From IMG/VR virus record IMGVR_UViG_3300005613_004609, positions 1 through 59,917 of that record: 59,917 nucleotides of DNA; one strand, written 5' to 3'. The stretch comes from a virus. Taxonomy: Duplodnaviria > Caudoviricetes. The notes beneath the pieces are model-generated. The model saw only the letters and a list, made by a program, of their open reading frames with translations. It was not told where the DNA came from and ran no database searches. Both the position numbers and the translations under genes were made by a program. Positions 30,268 to 38,172 of this stretch are shown here, in pieces (positions within the stretch are counted from its first letter, which is position 1; every line of letters begins with the position of its first letter).

Positions 30268-31085
30268 TATATCTCCTCCTTAGCATTTGTCGTTAGGCCT
30301 TTCGATAAGACTGTCTTTCTTTTCAGGACAACCTCGTTATTCCCCCCAGGTGAGACAGTTTGTTTAGATGCGTCTGCAGGTACAAATACTCCCTCTACCT
30401 CAATCAAGTCAGCAATTCCCTGGCCCATAGATACCGCTATCCTTTCCAGAATTGCATCCTTCCAAAGTTTCTTGATCTTTCTACTCTGTCTATTTTCATT
30501 ATAGCTAACAGTGCAGAGCATGCCAGTTCCAATCCTATGTTCTATCACCTCAGAAAATAATCCCGAGTGACTGTTTGCATAGGGTACTTTTCTATCCAAG
30601 CCTCTCCAAAGAAGTATATTTTCATAAAGCTTTTGCCGATAAAGCATAAATTCATCGTCCATATCAAATTCTGAACTTATCCTCTTGTACATTTGGATAA
30701 ATTCCTCAGTGTCTGTCATAACTATGGTCTCCCCTGTGGTTAAGTAGTGAGTCATAAGTGCCATGGTTACTAATTTCTGAACTGGGAGGGTCCTGCCATA
30801 GATTATTACCATTTTCTTCTTAAGATAAAGTTTCTCAACCCTCGATACTTGCAGGGCAATTTTAGTCTCAGGTGTAGGAATTGGTATTTCCACATCAAAG
30901 ACTCTTTTCAGATAGTACTTTTCACGGTTTCTTTTTTCTATCTCCTGTCTCAATAATTCAGGTGGAAAGCCAGCATCCTTCCAAACTAAGTTTCCATTCC
31001 TTCTCGAATCAAAAGAGTTCCAGGGGTACGTCAGCACATTTTTCTCTTTAAAATAATATCTCTGCATCTCTGTAAGACTACTCAT
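30267..31085 (-). CDS. putative helicase loader (degenerate DnaC/IstB-like)
   Basis: Lies between initiator-like gene and DnaB; weak similarity only, no intact Walker A. Confidence 0.4.
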   Translation of the reverse strand: MSSLTEMQRYYFKEKNVLTYPWNSFDSRRNGNLVWKDAGFPPELLRQEIEKRNREKYYLKRVFDVEIPIPTPETKIALQVSRVEKLYLKKKMVIIYGRTLPVQKLVTMALMTHYLTTGETIVMTDTEEFIQMYKRISSEFDMDDEFMLYRQKLYENILLWRGLDRKVPYANSHSGLFSEVIEHRIGTGMLCTVSYNENRQSRKIKKLWKDAILERIAVSMGQGIADLIEVEGVFVPADASKQTVSPGGNNEVVLKRKTVLSKGLTTNAKEEI

Positions 31086-31962
31086 GTTTCAGCGCCTCCA
31101 TAATTTTAGATCGATTAGAGTAAAACATAGTAAAATTAACTTGCTGCCCGCCATATCCAAGTTCTTTTATGTTTCTACGCAACCAGGATAGTTCGGCATA
31201 TATCAAGTCTACCAGTTTTGCAAGATCAGTGTTATTAGCCTCACATTCCTTCACCCAATTTCCAGCCATACCAAGACCTCTACCCTTGTCATGTTCAAAG
31301 TCCTCAGTGCTATACGGTATACGATACTCCGCTGCCAGCACTTGAAATAATCTATGAACTTTTGAAGGTGTCAAAGGAGAAGTTTTCAGTTTATCAATTT
31401 TCCTCTCAATAATTTTATCATTTTCTTCGATAGCCTGTTTCAGTGATTCTTCAAGTTTCATTATTCTCTCCTTCTTGCAAGCGATTGCAGGGATTACCCA
31501 GTCATTTTGACAAAAGATTCCATTTAATTTTCGGTTTATAAATATTAGCTCTCTTATGTTATCCTTAAATTTTGATTCTGGCAACTTTCTTAATCCTGTA
31601 GCGTGAGTAACAGCATCAAAATAAACTTTAAGCATGCCAGGCACATTCAACCTATAATACTTTCCAGACCTCTCTGCGTGAATAACCAATATACGACTAA
31701 TTTCCAGTTGAGCCATAGCCTTGAATACCTGCGCTTTACTTTTAAGTGTTCCAGAGTAACAAAAGATATTAGGACAACCAGCATAGAGATGCCTCACTTT
31801 TATTCTCTCTTCAAATTTCCTAAAGTTCAAAGTTCTATCTGTCACATGATTTAAGATAGCGCACTGTGTTCTTGAGTATTCAAAAAGGTGTAAATGATTC
31901 CACACAAAATGCCTTAGAAACATCCATTGTTTATCAGTCAAAAATCTATCAGATTCGGTCAT
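31078..31962 (-). CDS. putative replication initiator (N-terminal winged helix)
   Basis: AILNHVTDRTLNF..E.I..RHL..G...KAMAQL resembles lambda O-like N-termini; first gene of the replication block, next to direct repeats. Confidence 0.5.
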   Translation of the reverse strand: MTESDRFLTDKQWMFLRHFVWNHLHLFEYSRTQCAILNHVTDRTLNFRKFEERIKVRHLYAGCPNIFCYSGTLKSKAQVFKAMAQLEISRILVIHAERSGKYYRLNVPGMLKVYFDAVTHATGLRKLPESKFKDNIRELIFINRKLNGIFCQNDWVIPAIACKKERIMKLEESLKQAIEENDKIIERKIDKLKTSPLTPSKVHRLFQVLAAEYRIPYSTEDFEHDKGRGLGMAGNWVKECEANNTDLAKLVDLIYAELSWLRRNIKELGYGGQQVNFTMFYSNRSKIMEALKHE

Positions 31963-31991
31963 AGTTTCAATACCTCCAAAAAGGTTAAAAA

Positions 31992-32061
31992 GTCTCAGTA
32001 AGTGAGACCACTTCGATAAAAAAGTCTCAGTAAGTGAGACCAGGGTGTCTCAGTAAGTGCG
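31992..32061. repeat. iteron/operator-like repeats GTCTCAGTAAGTGAGAC x2 plus one partial copy
   Basis: Copies at 31992-32008 and 32024-32040, partial at 32047-32059; each full unit is itself an inverted repeat. Confidence 0.85.
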
Positions 32062-32284
32062 TGTTCATATATAAGATGATTATATAAGAAGATTTTTTGA
32101 AAGAGGTTAAAAGAAGCAAGCAAGTTGCATTCCTTAAAATCTGAAAACTACAAAAGGCAAAAACCTCCCCTTGGAAAATAGGGAAGGCTGCAAAATGATT
32201 TATTTGTGGATTTTCTGTTGCTACTGAATTAATCAGAAATTTTTTACTTGACTTCTTTTTGGAAGTGTTGTACCTTGTATTCAC
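32027..32284 (-). CDS. possible leader ORF
   Basis: GTG start with GAAAGGAG SD; protein sequence is unconvincing. Confidence 0.35.
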   Translation of the reverse strand: MNTRYNTSKKKSSKKFLINSVATENPQINHFAAFPIFQGEVFAFCSFQILRNATCLLLLTSFKKSSYIIILYMNTHLLRHPGLTY

Positions 32285-32355
32285 CTTTCACTCCTTTCCT
32301 GTTTGACTGCCGGTTAGGGAGCTTATTACATCCTGGTAAGCTCCCTTTCCTTTTT
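32283..32355 (+). ncRNA. candidate antisense small RNA
   Basis: Plus-strand promoter TTGACT-17-TACCTT (32248-32276) and terminator AGGGAGCTTA/TAAGCTCCCT followed by TTCCTTTTT. Confidence 0.55.
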
Positions 32356-32368
32356 AATACCCAACAAG

Positions 32369-32584
32369 TTATATTTCAACCACAGATACAGAAAGAATAT
32401 TATTACAGTTTGTAGGAATCTCAACAATGTTCTCAGCTATAACAATTTCTGGAAAAGAAAAGCGGCAACCAATCCCAGGAATGTCTTGGGCAAGGAAAGC
32501 CGCCTTTACTACAATTTTAACTTTACTCTTTTCAGGTGGAGCAAAGATCAATAATTCCGATTCTAAATAGTTTTGTTCTCCCAT
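32369..32584 (-). CDS. hypothetical protein
   Basis: GAGGAG SD; coupled to upstream ORF. Confidence 0.55.
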   Translation of the reverse strand: MGEQNYLESELLIFAPPEKSKVKIVVKAAFLAQDIPGIGCRFSFPEIVIAENIVEIPTNCNNILSVSVVEI

Positions 32585-32803
32585 TTAGTTCTCCTCGTAT
32601 GGAAAATTTTCTAAGTCTTTTCTAATTCTGTCACACACAGCACAACGAAATCTGTTTCCCCGAGAGAAGTTAAGACCATCAGTTTGTATTTCTACTACTC
32701 TACCAAACTCGTCAAATTGTTCCACACACCAACCAAAGGCTCTAACATGTCTATAAACTTCATTCGTCTTTCCACAGTGTGGGCAAGTAGGAACTACTTT
32801 CAT
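32585..32803 (-). CDS. small Zn-ribbon protein
   Basis: CPHC...CAVC. Confidence 0.65.
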   Translation of the reverse strand: MKVVPTCPHCGKTNEVYRHVRAFGWCVEQFDEFGRVVEIQTDGLNFSRGNRFRCAVCDRIRKDLENFPYEEN

Positions 32804-32820
32804 TTGAAACTCCTTAGTGA

Positions 32821-33105
32821 TTACACGAAATCCGGTTTAGGCATTGAAGCATCAATCAAGTAACCTTCCAGTATGTTTATCTCATGTTGGATAGCGTCCC
32901 CACGTCTATCAAATCCAGTGGTTGAGAGTAGTCTATCCCCTGCAGGATCATGAACATACCAGAGGCCATTTTTATTATTAAATTTTACATTTGATGCTCT
33001 GGCTATTTTCTTAGTTGTAGCAACTTCCTCAAAAGGGTTATTATCATGATACAGGCACAGGGTTTCTGTTCCGTCAGCCGATATTTTAATCATAGTTTCT
33101 TTCAT
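32821..33105 (-). CDS. hypothetical protein of the DUF1257/DUF2997 neighbourhood
   Basis: RASNVKF...W...F.RR.DAI.HE pattern, recalled from such operons. Confidence 0.6.
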   Translation of the reverse strand: MKETMIKISADGTETLCLYHDNNPFEEVATTKKIARASNVKFNNKNGLWYVHDPAGDRLLSTTGFDRRGDAIQHEINILEGYLIDASMPKPDFV

Positions 33106-33293
33106 CTTTTGTCTCCATAAGTTGAAAGGTGAGAACGATCACCGATTACCCCATTCTTCCTAAGATACCCAAAGAACATAGCTCCACATTCAGGACACCT
33201 AACAACAACTGCAATGTCTTGATGCTTCTCACTATAGGTATCACCTATTTTCATTTTCTTACCACAATCAGGACACTTCATTTTATTCTCCAT
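33102..33293 (-). CDS. small Zn-ribbon protein
   Basis: CPDC...CPEC. Confidence 0.6.
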   Translation of the reverse strand: MENKMKCPDCGKKMKIGDTYSEKHQDIAVVVRCPECGAMFFGYLRKNGVIGDRSHLSTYGDKR

Positions 33294-33395
33294 TGGAACA
33301 TATCGAACATATCGAACAGTAGATCAGTATTGAGTTTCCTAAACTCTGTTCTTTATGTTCCATTAGTGTTCCATTAGTGTTCCATATTAAAAGTC

Positions 33396-33472
33396 GGTAG
33401 GGGCACCCAGGAAAGGAGGCTCTTAGGGAAACTCCGATAACCCTTGAGAGCAAGGAACCTGAACCCCCTACC
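33396..33472 (-). ncRNA. structured intergenic RNA hairpin
   Basis: Nested stems GGTAGGGG/CCCCTACC, CAGG/CCTG, GCTCT/AGAGC, AGGG/CCCT. Confidence 0.5.
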
Positions 33473-33480
33473 TTAAACAT

Positions 33481-33672
33481 TTAGCCTATTCCTGTATTAA
33501 CGGTACTTCCAGTATGAGCAAAATATTCAGGCTTTTTCTTCTCTTCCTCAATAGTTCCCAAGGCCTGAATTGTTTTGTTCATGAATTCCTTACACAGGCC
33601 ACCAGTGAAACCAACAGCATCGATCTCAACCTTCTGCCCGTCTTTGGATACTTTTATTTCTACTTCTTTCAT
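33481..33672 (-). CDS. DUF2997 family protein
   Basis: IKVSKDG.VEIDAVGFTG..C...ALG...KPEYF. Confidence 0.8.
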   Translation of the reverse strand: MKEVEIKVSKDGQKVEIDAVGFTGGLCKEFMNKTIQALGTIEEEKKKPEYFAHTGSTVNTGIG

Positions 33673-33687
33673 TACCCCTCCAGTTAA

Positions 33688-34074
33688 TTACATAGTAGAA
33701 ACACGCATAAGCATGCTTCCGTCCGGTTGTTCAGTTACCATATTTACCATGCCTCCACTGGCACCAACCTGTTTTTTAATGACACCAACAGAGTAGTCCC
33801 GAGTGAGACGCCCACCGTTTGCACCTATTTTATTGGAGAATCTACTGTAATTCGTATCATTATCCATGTGAAGTTTAAAGCCACCACCTTCACGGGTTAA
33901 ATAGGCACCAACACCACTAACACCTTTCAGGGATAGAGTTGCTTCAACAGGAGCCCCTCTAAATTTGAAGTTGGAATCCTGATTCGCGTGATATTCAATA
34001 TCCTGATTTCTGCAGGTATTTTTGAATACTGCTAAGTCAGATATTTCTATCCCTAATTTCATCCAGAATGACAT
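33688..34074 (-). CDS. DUF1257 (Ycf35-like) protein
   Basis: MSFW..I.D...RL.RDYS...DGS.LMRV pattern; adjacent to DUF2997. Confidence 0.7.
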   Translation of the reverse strand: MSFWMKLGIEISDLAVFKNTCRNQDIEYHANQDSNFKFRGAPVEATLSLKGVSGVGAYLTREGGGFKLHMDNDTNYSRFSNKIGANGGRLTRDYSVGVIKKQVGASGGMVNMVTEQPDGSMLMRVSTM

Positions 34075-34123
34075 ATTAATTCCTCCTAAATTTAAAAGTT
34101 AAAAGTTAATATCCAAAATAAAC

Positions 34124-34636
34124 TCACCTCCTTTTCTTTATTTGTTTTTTCTTGCCATACAGTCTAACATGTCTGATATTTTTCCGGATTTCTGATCTGT
34201 CAATTGTGATCATTTTCCGGAGAGTCTGCAGAGGTAACATTTCCTGTTTTCTCATAAAAGACCATGATACAGATTCCTTATCAAGAAGATCAAGAACCTC
34301 TTTCTTTTTTAAGAAGTGGCCCTTTGCTTTGAAGTAAAAATTCGTCTTCTGTGTAAATGGACGAATTGTGATCATAGGAGCAACCCCGTCTTCCATTTCA
34401 AAGTAAAAACTGAAAAATAAAGTTGCTTCCCCAAAGCCCTGACTACTAACAAAGACTTTCACCACAGAAGCATTCGTAAAATACTCTGGATAGTCACGTC
34501 TTTTCTGCATGACTACACCCTCTTTACGAAGTTGGTAGAAAGGGACCTCTTTCCCATCTATCAGAAAGAACAACAAAAATTTTTCCTGGGAATGCGTCCC
34601 AGTTCGTATTGCGCCACCGTCAAATTCTAAATCCAT
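34124..34636 (-). CDS. hypothetical protein
   Basis: GGAGG SD before ATG 34636; first gene after a promoter. Confidence 0.65.
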   Translation of the reverse strand: MDLEFDGGAIRTGTHSQEKFLLFFLIDGKEVPFYQLRKEGVVMQKRRDYPEYFTNASVVKVFVSSQGFGEATLFFSFYFEMEDGVAPMITIRPFTQKTNFYFKAKGHFLKKKEVLDLLDKESVSWSFMRKQEMLPLQTLRKMITIDRSEIRKNIRHVRLYGKKKQIKKRR

Positions 34637-34665
34637 TATGTCCTCCATTTTTAATAATTGATTGG

Positions 34666-34694
34666 ACAGTACCACAATTAAAAAGTTTTGTCAA
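34666..34694 (-). promoter_or_regulatory. sigma70-type promoter TTGACA-17-TACTGT
   Basis: Consensus -35, 17-nt spacer, TG extension. Confidence 0.7.
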
Positions 34695-34701
34695 GGTTTT
34701 G

Positions 34702-34750
34702 AAAAAAAAAAAAGATTGCAAGCGCCTGCAATTAAGAGACGCTTACAATT
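34702..34750 (-). terminator. intrinsic terminator
   Basis: Stem TTGTAAGCGTCT/AGGCGCTTGCAA followed by a long T run. Confidence 0.8.
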
Positions 34751-34753
34751 ATG

Positions 34754-35161
34754 TCAGGGTAGTTTGAATAGTTCTTCGTCCTCGCCAGGATAGAGACCTC
34801 CTGGTTTTAGCGATTCAGGTAATTCCATTTCATCCAATTCTGGATAGCCTCCTGCAAGTGCAGCATGCCAACCAAGTTCAGTGTTTCCAGTTTGTGCCCG
34901 AACTTTAGGCGGATATTTAGAATAGTCTTTAGATTCATCCTCAACAATATCCTCTTCAGCCTCTTCGGGTATAGTGTCATTCCAGGAGCCACTCGAACCA
35001 AGAAGGTACTCTTCTTTCTTTGTACCTTTCTCCCATTGAGAATAACAGGCAGCAACACGAGCATCCGCTTTCAGACTTGAGTTTTCATCAACCAAGAATT
35101 GGATGCACCTTGAGACAAATTTACTTTGTGTCTCTCCTTTATTTGGAGTTGGAAGTGGCAT
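34754..35161 (-). CDS. phage head-region protein
   Basis: MPLPTP..GE...FVSRC...AACYSQW motif, recalled from phage head modules. Confidence 0.6.
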   Translation of the reverse strand: MPLPTPNKGETQSKFVSRCIQFLVDENSSLKADARVAACYSQWEKGTKKEEYLLGSSGSWNDTIPEEAEEDIVEDESKDYSKYPPKVRAQTGNTELGWHAALAGGYPELDEMELPESLKPGGLYPGEDEELFKLP

Positions 35162-35163
35162 AA

Positions 35164-35346
35164 TTATCTCCTTCTACCACGGCCTCTATTTGTCCCATGT
35201 CCAGGCCTTGTAACAGGGTTAGCCGGAGGAGTACCAACAGGACCGGCTCCATTACCAGTTCCCAGGCCACGTCCAGTGCCACCACTCCTAATTTTTTTAC
35301 CTCCAGGGCAACCTTTATTTCCCCAGGGCACACCATTATTTGCCAT
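35164..35346 (-). CDS. small Gly/Arg-rich protein
   Basis: AGGAGGTG SD before ATG 35346. Confidence 0.55.
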   Translation of the reverse strand: MANNGVPWGNKGCPGGKKIRSGGTGRGLGTGNGAGPVGTPPANPVTRPGHGTNRGRGRRR

Positions 35347-35362
35347 TTCTACATCACCTCCT

Positions 35363-35623
35363 TTATTTATTAACGCTTTTATGTCTCTTTTTCCAATACC
35401 GAGGAAACACTTCCCAAGGTTTTTGAATAAAATAACATTCACAGGCCCTGAATCTTGCCATTTTATACTCTCTAATCAAATGCCAACGTTTATACCAGGG
35501 CAGTCCAAACATTGAATTAAAACTTGCCCACCATTCGTTATTTACTCCAAACCGATACGTTCGAAATAGTAGGTGGATTATAAGTTTCCAATTTTTCAGC
35601 AACTTCCTCCTTATTATGGACAC
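35363..35623 (-). CDS. hypothetical protein
   Basis: ORF in the gene string. Confidence 0.45.
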   Translation of the reverse strand: MSIIRRKLLKNWKLIIHLLFRTYRFGVNNEWWASFNSMFGLPWYKRWHLIREYKMARFRACECYFIQKPWEVFPRYWKKRHKSVNK

Positions 35624-35629
35624 TCAAAT

Positions 35630-35971
35630 TTACTCACCGCGCTGTGCTTTCTCTTCCTCGCAGAAAATACAAAATGTGGGATTCCACATCGGCCTTCCAC
35701 ATTCAGGGCAGATATTATCAATATTCATCGAATTGCCTTGTTGGATCATCCCGACTTTTCTGAGACGTTCGATCCATTCCTCGGGTGAATTAAAGACAAT
35801 ACGTTTCCCACCATCATATTGATTAAGTATAGTTGCATAATGACTCTGCAACTTTAAACTCTCTTTAAGCGCAATTTCTATCTCTTTTATGATCCTCCAA
35901 CACCAGAGCTCAAGGTGGAGCAACTCCTCCTTTAACTCCGTAGCAGTAAAACTTTTCAAACGGTCAGCCAT
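35630..35971 (-). CDS. hypothetical protein with C-terminal CxxC motifs
   Basis: GGAGG SD before MADRL. Confidence 0.55.
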   Translation of the reverse strand: MADRLKSFTATELKEELLHLELWCWRIIKEIEIALKESLKLQSHYATILNQYDGGKRIVFNSPEEWIERLRKVGMIQQGNSMNIDNICPECGRPMWNPTFCIFCEEEKAQRGE

Positions 35972-36108
35972 AATGTCCTCCATATTTAAATTATTCTTTA
36001 TATCTAAACCAGCGTTTTCCTGGTGATTTCCAGAATGGTAATTTACAAGTTCTTCCCGTCTCTTCATGCTGCCAAGATTTCCAGAACCAACCAGTCAATT
36101 TCATACAA

Positions 36109-36366
36109 TTAAGAATTTTTCGATTCTTCATTACTTATTTCCGTCCATATTATGTCACTCAGAACACTCTCGAAAAGACTGTTGTTAGAAGTTGGGAGAG
36201 CCTTAAACAGGTATTCCCCATCAACAAAGTCTCTCGGAGTGGTCAAAAGTCTTCTAACTTCTTCTATAAGTCTCGGATTTCCTTTAACTCTAAATTTTGC
36301 CAGTCTCTTTTTATTCCAACTAACCTCACCCTTACCACCCTTATAGAATATAGTTACCCGTTTCAT
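36109..36366 (-). CDS. hypothetical protein
   Basis: SD and promoter upstream. Confidence 0.6.
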   Translation of the reverse strand: MKRVTIFYKGGKGEVSWNKKRLAKFRVKGNPRLIEEVRRLLTTPRDFVDGEYLFKALPTSNNSLFESVLSDIIWTEISNEESKNS

Positions 36367-36409
36367 ATTGTAAATCCCTCTCCTATGTTTATTAAATCAC
36401 CACAATACA

Positions 36410-36438
36410 AGTTTAATATATAGTTTATTTTTTGTCAA
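36410..36438 (-). promoter_or_regulatory. sigma70-type promoter TTGACA-17-TAAACT
   Basis: Consensus -35 with 17-nt spacer. Confidence 0.7.
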
Positions 36439-36531
36439 GGTTTTTCTTCGTTTCTTTGTATGGGATCATTTCACTTTTATTCATCCTTTTTCAGCCAAGA
36501 AGCTTCGCTTTTCCAGAATATATCAATCATT

Positions 36532-36726
36532 TTATCCCTCCATTAATTTTTTCAGTTCTTTCTCGCCTTGCTTAATCATATTTTGGTCTTTTTTATTTAG
36601 TTCCTTAAAATGAGTTTTACTTTGAACCCGTTTAACAAAGGCAAATCTGCTCTCTAAACTCATATCTGTAATAGTCGGCATTGCCATTATTCTACCAACC
36701 TTTCTACTTAAACTTGGAGTCATCAT
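36532..36726 (-). CDS. small protein downstream of the MuF C-terminal ORF (candidate immunity partner)
   Basis: Positional only. Confidence 0.5.
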   Translation of the reverse strand: MMTPSLSRKVGRIMAMPTITDMSLESRFAFVKRVQSKTHFKELNKKDQNMIKQGEKELKKLMEG

Positions 36727-36728
36727 TA

Positions 36729-37583
36729 TTAATCCCCCTGTACTAAAACTGCACCTCTATTCAATATCACCATTTGTTTATCACTTGCCACCCTAATAGC
36801 ATCATACCCTCTAAGCATAGCATAATGTCCAGGGTCCTTTGTCATATTCCGCAATAAATCCAAATAAGCAAGAGACTCGTTACTATCAACTCTCTCCCAT
36901 AAATTCTCTAAGAATTGTTTCGAGCCAGTATCCTCTACCATTAGCTTCTGCAGATCATCATAATCTACCACCCTCGCACCCTTTTTTAATTGCATTCTTA
37001 ATAAAGCATCCTTACCCCCAGTACAGTATAATTCACCCATACCCTTTGCACCGGCACCGTATCCAACGTAAGCTCCTCCATCTCCATAAATTCCTGTACC
37101 ACAATAAAAATCCCCAGTTTTAAACTGTTCCGCGAATTTAGGATCACCGAGACCTCTCCATAGTTCTGGAAATTCTTCCTTACTATTTTTTAATTCAGAT
37201 TCAAAGACCTTCTTCGATACCACAGTAGGTTTAGCGTCATACTTTTTTATATTTGAAAGTTTTTTCCCAATAAGGTCTTGTCCTGTACTATCAGCACGTT
37301 TATATCTGAAACCCAAATATCTCTCTTCTAAATGCTTAAAATCATTTGGCTTTAATCTTGACAAGCCCTTCTCTGCAGATGTCTCTATTTTCGGGATTTC
37401 TGATGGAGGTGTAGTAAAAGTCTCTGTCCTTATCTTTTTCCAGAGCATAACCAGGTCGCATCGGCATTTCGGGTGAAAGGGTGGTAACAGTCCCATAGCT
37501 CTTATTTCATCAAGAGTCTTATTATCAAGATCACCTACCCTTGGAAAGGCTCCCATTTTAGAAATAGAATCAGCAACAGCCAT
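36729..37583 (-). CDS. MuF C-terminal segment fused to an ADP-ribosyltransferase-like domain
   Basis: LPPFHPKCRC MuF motif; LWRG, GTGIYGDGGAY, GYDAI, VILNR. Confidence 0.65.
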   Translation of the reverse strand: MAVADSISKMGAFPRVGDLDNKTLDEIRAMGLLPPFHPKCRCDLVMLWKKIRTETFTTPPSEIPKIETSAEKGLSRLKPNDFKHLEERYLGFRYKRADSTGQDLIGKKLSNIKKYDAKPTVVSKKVFESELKNSKEEFPELWRGLGDPKFAEQFKTGDFYCGTGIYGDGGAYVGYGAGAKGMGELYCTGGKDALLRMQLKKGARVVDYDDLQKLMVEDTGSKQFLENLWERVDSNESLAYLDLLRNMTKDPGHYAMLRGYDAIRVASDKQMVILNRGAVLVQGD

Positions 37584-37584
37584 A

Positions 37585-37911
37585 TTATTTGAGCCTCTTA
37601 TTAATCCTCTCTTGAACTCTCTTCTTAGATTCCCTTAATCTTTCGTATTCCTCAACTAGAGTATAATCATCTGGATTTTCTCGCATCAAGCGCCGGTAGA
37701 CAATTAGCTCTTGATTAATCCTTTCCAGGAGAGTCATATCGAATTGAATAAATATCTTCTTTTGAAAGGAATCAAGTGTTGTCACGACTTTAGCTTCCAG
37801 GTGTACCAGGTCCTTGCTTGAAGCTATATGTTCCTCACAAGTTGTTATTCCTGCAGCCAGTCCAACCAGGATACCAGCTGTTACTAATCCTTTCCAGAAT
37901 ACATCAGTCAT
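37585..37911 (-). CDS. membrane-anchored coiled-coil protein
   Basis: N-terminal hydrophobic helix. Confidence 0.6.
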   Translation of the reverse strand: MTDVFWKGLVTAGILVGLAAGITTCEEHIASSKDLVHLEAKVVTTLDSFQKKIFIQFDMTLLERINQELIVYRRLMRENPDDYTLVEEYERLRESKKRVQERINKRLK

Positions 37912-38012
37912 TTTTTCTTCCCCTTTTTTATAACAGTAATAAAATCAGTTTCCTTATCAGCAAATCTCGATAAGAATTTTCTCTCCTTAGTTGTAACTTT
38001 TTTCTTCGCCAT
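37908..38012 (-). CDS. small basic peptide (34 aa)
   Basis: GGAGGTG SD; MAKKKVTTKERKFLSRFADKETDFITVIKKGKKK; stop overlaps the next start. Confidence 0.5.
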   Translation of the reverse strand: MAKKKVTTKERKFLSRFADKETDFITVIKKGKKK

Positions 38013-38172
38013 TATCACCTCCCGCATCGACCAATTTCTTTCAGATCGACAACTAACATTTCCTTAGCTTTGTCTGATTGATATAAATTAATCATTTGTT
38101 TCTTTGTACCAACAACCTCAAGTTGCATTTCTTGCTCTCCCTGACTTCTTGGGTGTCTTTGGCAGATGGACT

